Source: Adineta vaga (Eukaryota; Animalia; Rotifera). From it: DNA of 64,000 bases. The position numbers and the translations under genes were made by a program. Numbering within the stretch: the first letter of the stretch is position 1; each line of letters starts with the position of its first letter. The stretch spans positions 11,532,001 through 11,596,000 of the forward strand of contig CP075494.1 in the NCBI GenBank assembly GCA_021613535.1, in the 5' to 3' direction. This document shows positions 1 through 12,727 of the stretch, piece after piece. The notes under the pieces were generated by a model that saw only the letters and a program-made list of their open reading frames with translations, did no database searches and had not been told where the DNA came from.

Positions 1-1303
1 AGATGATTGATTTTTTATGAGAATTCGATCACGTTTCAAACGTGAGACAACTGCGCATGCAGAAGAGTTGATTAATCTACATTCTACAAAATGTTTTTCC
101 TACGACAGAATCAAAACAGAAAGATGTTATCAACTTTTTCTATTCTCTTTTTTCAAACTTTATGCGAATCAAAGACAGATTCATTTGTATCAATCGATGT
201 CCATAAACCATTTGCTTGACGAATTTTAATAATATTTTCTCGATGTGGTGATCGTTTGATAATATAAGGAATAGCAACGATTAGAAATGATTGATTAGAT
301 ACCTATAATTACAAGAAAATGAATGTAAGGAAATGAAAGTCATTGAAACATACAGTAGGATGGAATATCACTTTCAATGGTGTACTAATAAGTTCTTCTT
401 GTCGATCAAGGAGATATTCTGTTTCTGATACAGATAAATATGTTATATCAATTGGAAGCGAGAAATCATCGGGTGAAGTTCGAATGATACAAGGAGGACT
501 TTGATCAACATGCATAAATCTAAATATTACTCAATTAATTAATATTATTTCGATTGTGAATGCTTTCAAATACTTACTCGCGAATAGACCAATTTGCATA
601 TTCATTTTCAATGATGGATTTATGTGCCATAGCTAATATACGTTCTTGTTGTTGTTGTAATTCCTACAAATAAACAGATGAATTCATTGTATAAACAATG
701 GATTTTATCTATACTTTTAATCGTTGTCGTTCTTCTTCTAATTTCACACGTCTTTCCAATTCTGCAGCACGATTTCTTTCAATTTCCTGTTGTTTTATTT
801 TCATTTCTAATGCTTGTTGTGCTAATTCATCTTCTGCAAGTTTTTCAATTTCAGTTGCTCTACTCAATATCATTCTTGCTTCCTGTTGAAGTTGTATCGC
901 TGCTGCACGGCATTCTAATGTTTCTGCATTCAAAGCCATAAGTTTCGCTCGTATTTCAAGATCATCACCTACACAATCCATTTAATACTAATCAATTTAA
1001 AACAATAATGAATCAAAATCATATACCTGTTTGTTCTTTTTGTTTCTGTTGCAATTGCATTTTTTGTTCAACATTTGCTCGTAGAATTTCATTGATATCC
1101 GCTAATGAAATTTCAAATTGTTGTAATTGATTTAAAATGTGTTGTTGAAATTTTTCCGTTTCTTTCAATGAATCTCGGGATATATTAAGAATTGAATTCA
1201 ATCTTTTCGTATCGTATTCATGTGAATGATCAATTTGTCTTAGATCAATTATTTCACGACGTAGATCACCTAATGATTGGTCGAGTTTTGTTATTGAAAC
1301 CAT
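1..1303 (-). CDS. DTHD1-like (ZU5-type domain) protein with N-terminal coiled coil; 3' end runs off the window
   Basis: ATG at 1303. GT-AG exons ~1303-1027, 968-715, 663-578, 519-354, ~302-161, <~99 join in frame. A Q/E-rich coiled coil is followed by EELISTPLKVIFHP...LIVAIPY...RENIIKIR...FVECRL...AVVSRLK, which resembles the ZU5-like region of death-domain-containing protein 1 (from memory). Confidence 0.6.
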
Positions 1304-1610
1304 CTTTCTTCACTTGTTATTTCTAATAAACTAAATAACAAGAAAGAAAAGAAATCAAGAATTTTTTTTTCTCATCATGTCATACTCGAAATAATATACA
1401 TATGCAATCAAATGAAGTGGAGAAGTTATTGAAAGCATAAGAATGTCAGTGACGACGGCATATATATGTAATTTGCCTATTGTTTTGTGTAACGGAAGCA
1501 AAAAATCGATTGTGTTTTTTTTTCTTGTCACTAAAAGAAGAAAAAAAAATGTCTGATAGTGTTGTTCTTTTATTTTCTTATTCTGTTCGATTTACAATGC
1601 TTGATATACC

Positions 1611-1624
1611 GTTGCCAAGATAAT
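1611..1624. promoter_or_regulatory. RFX X-box-like motif upstream of the DTHD1-like gene
   Basis: GTTGCCAAGATAAT compared with X-box consensus GTTRCC-N2-RGYAAC; ~310 bp upstream of the ATG. Confidence 0.45.
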
Positions 1625-1735
1625 CTTACGAACAAAGAAATTTAAGAAATAACTTTATTAGTTTTTAATGAAAATTCAATAATGAAATCAAATATTTATT
1701 TATTATGTCTTCTGAAAAATATAACTCGATAAAAG

Positions 1736-1757
1736 CACACACACACACACACACACA
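1736..1757. repeat. (CA)n microsatellite
   Basis: Run of about 11 CA units just past the stop codon of nAChR gene A. Confidence 0.9.
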
Positions 1758-1763
1758 AAGTCA

Positions 1764-3673
1764 TCAGAGAACATCACGTTGTGAATCGAATAATTTCGGA
1801 ATTTGAAAGAAAAGAGCGATTGTACCAATGAATGTAACAGAAAGAAAAATAAATAATTGAATACGATCTATGACAAGGGAAATATATTTCCAATCATTGA
1901 AAATCTTTGAAAGAGAAAAAAAAACAAGTTGAAAATAATGATTATTTTTTATGTCTTACTTGCATTTCTTCGGTATTGGCCGCGATTTTTTTCGATATAT
2001 ATTTAATATCATTCGATCTTTCAAGAAATTGTTCAATTAAATAATTCATTTCCATGGGTAATTTCCTTTGTCTTGTTTTTATTTTTCGTAATATTAATGG
2101 TGAATTCATTGGTGATTCTTCGCGTTCGCAAGTTCGATGATAATCACATGGTTTATGTAAGAATAAACATGTAGGTAATGCATGTAAGAAAATAATTCTT
2201 ACCCAATAGGGAATGGGTGTATGCATTAATATTCGATGATGATTTAAATATAGAGATAAAACTGATAAACAAACAGTTAAAAGATTCATTATAAATGTGA
2301 ACATTAAATATTTCGATATTAATGGAATACTAATTGATGTTGGTGGAAGAATTCGTGAAACAAGTAACATAAAGAAGACTAAAGCGACAAGAATCGATGT
2401 GCAAAGACCCATTTTTTCTGCAGCATCACTTGGCAAACAGAAAAGAGTTATGGTTAATAAAGATATCATCATTGTAGGAACAATTAAATTGATTGTATAG
2501 AAAAGAGGTCGACGTTGAATAACTTAATGAACAAAACAAATCTAGATAAATGGATAAAAATCAAGAAGAATTTACTCATAGAAAACACCATTTCCGTACG
2601 AGATTCATAAGGTGGTTCAGATGATTTGATAATACGAATTTTTGCTGGAGCACTAAGTAATGTCCAAGTACCTGATGTAACATAATCGGATAATTCCATT
2701 GAATTCTCAGTTGCATACCAATCTAAGAAAAAAACAAGGCGTTTATTTTCATCACTTAAAATAATATATAAAAACATCTTCAAACAAACAAACCAAATCG
2801 AACTTGTGAAGCACTTAGTCCAGTCGAACCAAATCGGAGTCCACACGTTTGTTGATCTAAATTAAATATTGACACGGATATAAACTATTTGATGATATAA
2901 AATTCTCATTCACCAAACGGAAAGTATTCCACATTGATTGTCTAGTTTAATAGAAAACAAACTTCTTATCATATTTTTCCTGTTACATCATCAAAAACTC
3001 ACACAAGTTAATTTAAATATGGCAATAGGAATCCACAAAATCTTTCCTTCAGATGATATAACTGCATTTGCTCGATAACTAACTTCATAATTCCCTAGAA
3101 ATTCCAATCATTTAGATTATTATTTTCATCAAACATCTTACCATCAGCATTACTAAAATAATAAAAAAAAACAATCCAATTGATAAAACAAATATTTAAA
3201 ATACTTACTTAAAAAGTACTAAATCCGGTGTCCAAACTTTCTCGGGTGGTACACGAATACTTTCCAGATGATCTAAACAATTGTTGCATATTTCTTTATT
3301 TGAATAGGAAAAGAAAAAGAAAATCGAACCAAATCGATCGGGATTCCATCGCATTTGATAATCATACCAACGAAGTTGTAACCAAACATTCACTTTGACA
3401 ATTTGTTCTTTTTCATAAACATTTATTATCTGTGCTAATGTTAAACCAAAATGAATAACCAATGGTTCACTTGCATTAGCAACTGGAGTGATCAATGCAT
3501 TATATTGCGAATTCTTTCCAAATAACATATTCATTAAATTTTCTTCTTGTACATTGACTCCTATTTTAAAAATCAATGGAATAATCATTACAATATCACT
3601 ATGAGTTTATTTTACCGTCAATTCTACGAAATATTGGAATAATTAATATGAAGAAATAGACTTGACAAAACAT
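1764..3673 (-). CDS. Nicotinic acetylcholine receptor subunit A, divergent non-alpha type
   Basis: Multi-exon gene. Signal peptide MFCQVYFFILIIP; loop [14 protein letters not shown]; Cys-loop CTINVEYFPFDQQTC; no vicinal CC in loop C; RRPLFYTINLIVP-M1; M2 AEKMGLCTSILVALVFFMLLVSRILP; M4 DWKYISLVIDR; stop TGA at 1764-1766. Confidence 0.93.
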
Positions 3674-4365
3674 AATTAGAACAAGAAAGAAATGATGCTT
3701 CCTTAGATGTTCAATGACAATACGGAAACTAAGAAAAGAAAATAATCATGCTCGTCTTTTTCTTTCTCTTTTCTAAGTTTTCGTTGATTATCTTACGTGA
3801 TGTGATCTAAAGAATTTCATGGTCTTATTCCTACATTGACTGTCATTTGAATTACCATGCGCGTAGCAACTTTATTATTATCATCACTGTTTCTAACATG
3901 TCTAAATACATTGATCGAATAAATGGCAACGTACCAGAAAAAAAAAATAGAAAGAGCAAAAAAAGGAAATCTAAGAAAAGACATTCATTTGACAACATAA
4001 CTTCATGAACACACGCACACATCAAATAAGATTTTTCTCTTTTTATCTGTATCTGTTTATAGAAGACGAGGATCAGTGATGTTAGTATTTGCATGATTGA
4101 AGAGAGAGAGAGACAGAGAGAGCAATGATGATTTTACGAGAGAAACGAGAATAATTCAATTAGATAGGCAATTAAGAAAAAAGACGAAGTACTACCACAA
4201 TCGATTAGTTCATTATGTAAAAAGAAATCTTCATCGTCAACAAGAACAACAACAACAACATACATTCTCAAATCTTGTAAGTAATATTATTTTATTTATT
4301 ACACAATTATCTAAGCACCAAGAAGAAAAAAGAAGTTTGCGAAGAATATCGTTTTGTTAGTCTTT

Positions 4366-6197
4366 TTAACTTGTATTTCCAAAGGTAGGATCCCATTTTT
4401 TCAGTATTGCAGTTTGATCAACTACAGTTAAAACGTAAGGTGCACTGAATATAATAAAACATGTACCAATAGAAGTGACCGCAAAAAAGATGAATAACTG
4501 TAATCGATCAATCACAGATGCAATATATTTCCAATCATCACGTATCTAAAAAGAAAGAAAAAAGACTAAAGATAAAGATAAATATCCGAAAATTAGTTTT
4601 ACTTCTTCATATTGACAAGCTGATCTCATTTGATCAGCAATGAAACTAAGATCTTCTACTGCATCATAGATTTCTTTAGTTAAAAATGTATCAATTAAAT
4701 TGTCATCTTCAGTTGTACTTGTTAATGAGGGATCATCATTACTAATAGGTGTTACTATAGAAATAACACGCGATGCACGAATATAATTCATTCTTGTCTC
4801 TTCCGGTCGTTCTTCTTCATCTTCTCTTTCATATTTATTTGGCCTTTCCATTCGAAGTATACGTGGTAATATATCAATAAACAATCTTCGCATCCAATGA
4901 GGCATTTTACTTGTGCGTGGTGTACGATAATTATAATTAATAATGACAACCGTACAGAAGATTGTTATTATATTCATAATAAACGTAAATAGAAGATATT
5001 TGGCAATTAACGGTATAACAGTTGATGTTGGTGGTAGAATTTTTGATATTAATAATAGAAACACAACCAAAGCTAAAAGAATCGATATGGATAAGGTCAT
5101 TTTTTCACCTGCATCCGTTGGAAGATAGAAAACAAAAACTGATAAAAAGGAAATCAGCACCTAAAGAAAATATTTTTTGTTTTCAAATATAAGTATTCGA
5201 TATGATTGTTTACCGTTGGAATAATTAAATTAACTGTATAGAAAAGTGTTTTACGTCGAATAACAAGTTTACAAACAAATTCTACTCGATCACTTCGATA
5301 ACTTTTCTCTAATGAATTATATGTTGAATTCGATGGATGATGAATTGTCATTGGACCATCCATTAAATCCCATGAACCACTAACAACATAATCTTTTATT
5401 GTTACATTTCGTTCATTTTCATTATAATATGTAAAATTTAATTGATGTTGATCATATGTCCACGAACCAAATCGTAATTCACATTCTTGTTCGTCTGAGA
5501 ACAAGAAAAAATGGATTTGATTATGAAAGAAAATTAATTTTTTTACCAAACGGAAAGAATTTCACATCGATATGACAACTGGATTTATAAATAGCTGGTG
5601 GAACCCAATTCATATCTCCATTATAATAAACAACAACATTCGATTTAAATGATGCTTCATATTTTCCATCAGCATTATTAAACAAAACAACCTACATTCA
5701 AATGTTCACTCAGATTTTGTCTTTATTGAAATATCAATATTCCTTACATCCGGTGTCCAGACTTGATTTGGTGGAACACGTATTGATTGTATTCCTCCAT
5801 ATTTTTCTCGTTTCCATTTCATTTGATAATCGTGCCATTTCTAAAAGAAGAAAAGCATTCTCATATTTATCATCCTTTCATTTTCTATTCACATACAACT
5901 TGTAACCAAACATTTGTCTTCAATACTTGTTCTTTTTCAACTACACTAATCAATTGTAAGAGAGCAATACTAAATGAAACATTAACAGTATCTTCTAATC
6001 TTTGTACAGGTCGTATTAATGGATTATAATCTTGAAATAATTCTCTAAATAATTGTTCTTCATAATCAGAACTTAGAACACCTAGTAAATCAAGATGAAA
6101 GAAGTGAAAATAAGTTAATCTTTGAACAATTTTATCTACCATTTTTATTGATAAATAATAGATTAAATAGAATGAGGAGTAAACAGGATGATGACAT
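4366..6197 (-). CDS. Nicotinic acetylcholine receptor beta (non-alpha) subunit, insect beta1/UNC-29-like
   Basis: Signal peptide [15 protein letters not shown]; [20 protein letters not shown]; Cys-loop [15 protein letters not shown]; FGSWTY; no CC in loop C; M2 [29 protein letters not shown]; M4 [15 protein letters not shown]; stop TAA at 4366-4368. Confidence 0.95.
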
Positions 6198-7336
6198 GAA
6201 ATTAACATAAGAATAGATCGAATTGGGATCAGCTTCAGCAAGAGCTATGTATGTTTATAATTGAATGATTGTCTTCGAAAGGCGAAAGAATGATGAGAAA
6301 TGAATAGAAAAAGACTTGTTTAGATAAAACAAAAGAAAATAGAGAAGAGAAAGGAAGAGATAGGGAGAAAGAAAGAACGAAGAAACTTCAGTAGAATTAA
6401 TGTCATTAATATTATTCTTCTTCGTCTTCTTTTTCTCTCTTCTTCTTCTTCTTATTATTATTCTTTAATAGGCATCAAGGCAAAGATGATAACATAGATC
6501 TTGTTACAATCAAACTAACCTGAAAATGTTATCCCAAGAGTATCTTTTATCCCTAAGGTCACTTCTTTTATAAATATTAATCATATATATATATATATAC
6601 AGCTTAATCAATCAAATCAAGGCGTAAAGTAAGAATCGTTGATTTTTCTTTTAGCTTTTACGTTTTAATTATAGAAGTTTCAAACAACCAAAACATTATT
6701 TATTTGATGTGATTTCACTTTTCTTAATTGTAGAAAAGAAGAATATTGTTTAGTTTCGACGAACTCAAGAAACTATTAAGAAAAGACGAACGCATTGATC
6801 TAATCTATTCCGATCGTGTACGCATGCATACTCTTATTTAACAACGAGCAGAAACCATTCGCCTCGTTTCTAATATAATTATATCTCAAGATATAGATGA
6901 ATATATGTTATCCTTTTCTCTTGTTAAAAAAAAGAAAACCTCATATACAGACAAAACGATCATTATCAAACCTAAAAAGAAGGACTCTATGACAATTAAC
7001 TTCTCACAATTTCAATTCAATTAGTTGGAATATTATCTCGTTTCTTTTTATTCGATTTAGATTAATCATTCTACAGTAGTTCGTTTTTCTTCGAATAGAT
7101 TTTTAGTAAAACTAACAATAATAATAATAATAATTTCTGTTGATATTCTTTATCTTTCTCCATATCACTAACATCTAATTTATACGCATTAAAAGATAAA
7201 CATATTTTTCTAGTAACATATGCATGTCTGTTCTTCGTATACTTCACAGTTGATGTTATCTATTGCTTTTAGTTCGAAGGTTTTTCTTTGAGTTTTAGAT
7301 GGCTTTTTTCGAAAATTAGTTGGTCAATGTACGAGC

Positions 7337-9575
7337 ATGAATATCATCATTTCATTGATATTCTATGTTTCTTGGTGTATTACCGATGGTAAGTTTCATA
7401 TTGAAATAGAATTATTCGATGTTATAAAAATGAATCTACTAGTAATAAATGCAAATCCGGAAGCGAAACGATTGTATGAAGAATTAATTACTGTACGTTC
7501 ATATAATCGATTGATTCGACCTGTTAAAAATAATAGTGAAAAATTAACAGTTTATTTGGGTCTTCGATTAACACAATTACTTGATGTTGTATGTTTTATA
7601 TTGATTTTTACTAATCAAATTTGTCTATACTTCTTTTGAAGGATGAGAAAAATCAAATAATGACTTCAAATGTTTGGTTAAAACAAGTAAGTAATAGAAA
7701 TCCTAATAATAATTCATTCATCAATGAATAGGAATGGTATGATGATAAACTTCGATGGAATCCAAGTGAGTATGGTGGAGTTGATGTTCTTTATATTCCA
7801 AGTCAACAAATCTGGTTACCGGATATCGTTTTGTACAATAAGTAAACAACACTATGTTGCTATCGTTGCACTAGTTTATATCGTACCTTTCTTTCATCAC
7901 AAACCTTTCCATCGTCGTACGTTTAGTGATGTGTTTCGTTTAATCAGATGTGACTTTGTGCAACGAACTGATTGTTTCATTAGATGTATAAGTCAGTAGT
8001 TGTACTCATTTTTTGCATGGATATATTTACTATGATATAGATCGTTGACGAAATGTTATGGGTTTTGTTTTGTAGTGCGGATGGAAACTATGAAGTAACA
8101 TTGATGACTAAAGCAACAGTTTATTATGATGGTCGTGTTATTTGGGAGGTAAAATGAAGATATAAGAAGTTCTGATATAAATCTGATGTTTCTTAGCCAC
8201 CAGCTATATACAAATCAAGTTGTACAATCAATGTAGAATTTTTTCCCTTTGGTTTGTTTGTTTCAGGACGACGACGACGAATGAAAAATTTACATTCCTC
8301 TCTATTTAGATATTCAACATTGTCAAATGAAATTTGGTTCATGGACATACTCAGGGGAACAAGTTGATCTTGTGCATATCAATCAAACAAATGGTTCTAT
8401 ACCTGTTTATGGAGATAATAGTAAAATTTAGATATTCTTCTCATTGAAAATATTCTTTGATATTCTAGGTGTTGCATATGCAATTGATTTAACTGATTTT
8501 TATCGTTCTGTTGAATGGGATATTATGCAAGTACCAGCACAAAGAAATATACGTAAATATACATGTTGTCCTCAAACATATCCTGATATTACATTTTCAA
8601 TCACAATTCGTCGAAAAACATTATTCTATACTGTCAATTTAATAATTCCATGCGTTGGAATATCCTTTCTAACAGTTCTAACATTTTATTTACCCTCAGA
8701 TTCTGGTGAAAAAGTGGCATTATGTATCTCAATATTACTTTCATTAACTGTCTTCTTTTTACTATTAGCTGAATTAATTCCTCCGACATCACTTGTTGTC
8801 CCATTAGTTGGCAAATATCTTTTATTTACAATGATATTAGTAACATTATCGATTGTTGTAACTGTTGTTGTACTGAATATACATTTTCGTTCGCCATTAA
8901 CACATCGAATGCCACCATGGGTGAGACGAGTCTTTCTGCAAGTTCTACCGAAATTATTATGGATGCGTCGACCAAAAACACTTCATCCAGCAGCATCAGG
9001 AACAGCGGCATCACATAATAATTCGAATTCAATGAAAAAAGATACGATTTCAAATCTTTCAATTCCATTATTACGAAATAGTTCCTATCAAATAAATACA
9101 TATGTACTTAATGAAAATCATTTCAATCGTGATATGATTGAACAAGTTGAAGATGAACATGAATTTCAAGAATCAGTTCAATCAAAAAATGAATTATCAC
9201 TTTATCCACATGAAATTAAAAAAGCATTTGATGGATTACGATGTATTGCATCACATATGAGACAAGAAGATGAAGAGAAAAAAGTGACTAATTTACCAAG
9301 AGATAGAACTTCATTGAAACTTTTCATATTTTATCTTTAAATAGGTTAAAGAAGAATGGAAATATGTTGCCTTGGTAATCGATCGTCTTTTTCTCTATAT
9401 CTTTACAACAGCTTGTATTGCTGGAACATGTGGAATTATTCTACAAGGTATTTATAATCATTAGTTTTATCCATCAGATTTTCAATCATTATCTTTTTTT
9501 CTGTTCGTTTGTTTAGCACCGTCGATCTATGACAATCGAAAACCGATTGATATTCTCAAATCAAATCGATTTTGA
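7337..9575 (+). CDS. Nicotinic acetylcholine receptor alpha subunit (insect alpha1-4-like)
   Basis: [11 protein letters not shown]; [13 protein letters not shown]; Cys-loop [15 protein letters not shown]; FGSWTY; loop [11 protein letters not shown] with vicinal Cys; M2 [26 protein letters not shown]; [12 protein letters not shown]; stop at 9573-9575. Confidence 0.96.
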
Positions 9576-9770
9576 ATTTATTCTATGAGATATTCTTTTT
9601 TTTTGTATTTTTTTGCGGATTATATAACAATATGACATAAATAAATAAATAAATAAAAGCGTTAATATCACATATGCTCTAATTCGATTTATTTCTTCTG
9701 TATGTATGAAGTACAGAACATGTGATATTAATAGAATTTTATTTCAAAATTCTACGTTTGGTAAATCGAT

Positions 9771-9787
9771 CGACGTGGCATATAAAG
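9771..9787 (+). promoter_or_regulatory. GACGTGGCA bZIP (XBP1/CREB3-type) site abutting a TATA box
   Basis: cGACGTGGCA-TATAAAG, ~100 bp upstream of the ATG at 9882. Confidence 0.45.
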
Positions 9788-9881
9788 CCCAACATACTAT
9801 CCAGCTGATGCCACTGTTTGTTAGTATACAAAGAACTATTCAGTATCAATAACGCATCAAACATACACATAACCGAAAACA

Positions 9882-10559
9882 ATGATGAAAGAAAGTTATT
9901 TCATTTTGGTCATTACTGTCATCGTACTTTTAATAGCTGCTATCAAAGCTGCACGAATACCATTAGCAGGTGATCTTATATTCTCTCCTTTCTATTTAGT
10001 TTCATTTATATTTCATTTAGGAAGTTTTATTTCATATGAAAATGAAACTAAATCTCAAATAATTGATAATATTCCTGCAAACGCTTTACTCCCTTCATTG
10101 GATTCTATCCATGACAATATTCATCATTCACCAAAATCCAATGATACACTTTCAGCTTCTAATCATACGAAAACAAAACAATCTGGACCATCCTTAGATC
10201 TTATCGATCCTCATGCACATTCACATGATGATGATAATACATCTGCAATTGAAACAGCGAAACGTTTTTTAATTCAACCATCGCTTGAGTTTCTTGATGC
10301 ACAGTTACATGCAGGAAATGAACATGTTCATGACAAGAAAAATGAAACAAATCATCGTGCTGCTGACTTAAATGATTTCCAGAATTGGTTAAAAGAACAA
10401 AATCAAACCGGTCAATTGAATCGTTTTTTATTATTACAAAAAGAAATAAAAAACTTAGATTCAGATGATGCACAAATGTTAAATGAGAAACTCAATCGAA
10501 CAATTGAAGAACTTAAATCAGAATGGAAAAGAAAACAACGACGAAAATTTGATTTGTAG
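9882..10559 (+). CDS. Secreted His-rich protein of unknown function
   Basis: Hydrophobic signal peptide, probable in-frame intron at 9970-10020, His/Asp/Asn-rich middle, helical C-terminus ending WKRKQRRKFDL; upstream TATA box. Confidence 0.8.
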   Translation: MMKESYFILVITVIVLLIAAIKAARIPLAGDLIFSPFYLVSFIFHLGSFISYENETKSQIIDNIPANALLPSLDSIHDNIHHSPKSNDTLSASNHTKTKQSGPSLDLIDPHAHSHDDDNTSAIETAKRFLIQPSLEFLDAQLHAGNEHVHDKKNETNHRAADLNDFQNWLKEQNQTGQLNRFLLLQKEIKNLDSDDAQMLNEKLNRTIEELKSEWKRKQRRKFDL

Positions 10560-11674
10560 CTTTGTATTATCGATCAAAAACTCAATAAGAAAGTTTTCAC
10601 AACTAATGAAAAGCAATGTCATGTATTGTGAATTTAATATATAGATATTGTATTTGAAATCATAAAATAAATTCTTTAGTAGGAAAAATCGAAGCAATCG
10701 GTAAGCTGCTCTGTATTTAAATCAAATTGCCTTCAATGCAGAAAAGAACTTCGATGTGAATTTTTTAATTTTCAAAAAGTCTTTTATTTTATAGATGACT
10801 GTTTTTCAACAAGACCATTTGTATTAACAAACAGCGCTCATCCTTTGGATTCGTTGAGCCTTTTCTGAGAGAATTGTAATTACTAGCCAGGATGCTCAAA
10901 TACTTTGAGTAAGAAGCAACATGACACAAAGGATCTCTCTTCAATGAAATCCAGCAGATTTATTAAAAACTTCTCAGATAGAATTTCTTCTTTAATGCAT
11001 GATATCAACTTATTTTCAGTCTCTCAATATTTATAATAAGTGACCCATTCTAATTGCCATTGAACCTCAATTGAAATCATCTGATCAGGCCGGTGAACAC
11101 GCTTAGGATAAGATAAAGATTTGCTTTGGTTGATGAACCGAATTACTCGACTACTTCTCAAAAAAGTCTTTTACCCTTACTCATTTACTAACACGCCTAT
11201 CAAACCAACGCCGAGTCGCTGGAATACATATAATCTCTTTTACATTTTCTCATCAATTAGACAAGGATTTTCACACATCTAAGAAATAAGTTGCTTATAG
11301 TGCAACAATTCATAATCGCAGAATGACAAAATTCACGTAACAGTATGTGATTTGCGGTACAGATTTCATCCCCGCCTTCGTTTTTTGAAAGATAATGATC
11401 TCTTGGGTTCGTTCTGGAAGCTACTTCTATTAAAGGTCAAAAAAAACAAAATAAAATTTTTCCAAAGGAATTTCTGAATATATTCGCTCATTGTATATAA
11501 ATTCATATTTTATCTTGCTTTTTTTTCTTTTGGAGTAACTTTGTATTTCATTGGTTAGTTGAAGGAACGAATGAAAGATAAGGTTCACGGTAATGGCTGA
11601 TGATGTGTTAAGAAATCATTTCATTTTCATTCATTCTCATTCTTATTCTTAAATCTTAACAATTCTATTCTAAG

Positions 11675-12727
11675 ATGGAACGTTTTATGCGTAATATGGG
11701 TTTGGGACAATTAACTCGTGATATGCAAGGTGGTGGTCCACCCGGTGATACTCCGATGGTTGATACAGCTGAACAAGTTTATATTTCATCATTATCATTA
11801 CTTAAAATGTTAAAACATGGTCGTGCTGGTGTACCAATGGAAGTCATGGGGTAAACGAGGTCTTGAATTTGAAATCTAATATTTCGTTGATATTCTTTAG
11901 ATTAATGTTAGGAGAATTCGTTGATGATTATACAGTTCGTGTGATTGATGTTTTTGCTATGCCACAATCAGGTACTGGTGTTAGTGTTGAAGCTGTTGAT
12001 CCTGTGTTTCAAGCTAAAATGTTGGATATGTTAAAACAAACAGGTCGACCAGAAATGGTTGTCGGATGGTACCATTCCCATCCAGGTTTTGGTTGTTGGT
12101 TATCAGGTGTAGATATAAATACACAACAAAGTTTCGAAGCATTAACTGAACGTACTGTGGTAGGTTGAGTTCTTTTTTTTTATTGCTCTAAAATTGAATT
12201 TATTCATGTATGTCTAGGCTGTTGTTGTTGATCCCGTTCAAAGTGTAAAAGGCAAAGTTGTTATCGACGCATTTCGTTTGATCAATCCAAATGTCTTTGT
12301 TCTTGGTCAAGAAGCTCGACAAACAACTTCAAATTTAGGTCATTTAACAAAACCATCAATTCAAGCATTGATTCATGGTCTTAATCGACATTATTATTCA
12401 ATTAGTATCAATTATCGAAAAAATGAATTAGAACAAAAAATGTTATTGAATTTACATAAAAAATCATGGATGGATGGTTTAACTATTCAAGATTTCAATC
12501 AACATAGTGAACAAAATACTAGTGTTGTTAAACAAATGCTTGATTTATCGAAAAATTATATTAAATCTTTAGAAGAAGAAGAAAAAATGACACCAGAACA
12601 ATTAGCCATTCGAAATGTTGGTAAACAAGATCCAAAACGACATTTAGAAGAAAATGTCGATGCTTTAATGACTTCAAATATTGTTCAATGTATTGCAGCG
12701 ATGATGTCTTTGGTTATATTCAAATAA
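11675..12727 (+). CDS. PSMD14: 26S proteasome deubiquitinase Rpn11 (JAMM/MPN+)
   Basis: [36 protein letters not shown]; intact JAMM motif [16 protein letters not shown]; KQDPKRHL; 3 exons. Confidence 0.98.

Noticed and set aside
10700-11560. Slightly GC-richer spacer upstream of PSMD14 as a decayed TE or horizontally acquired pseudogene
   Set aside because: No ORF of 60 aa or more, no terminal repeats and no recognisable motif; only a repeat-library or tblastx search could decide.
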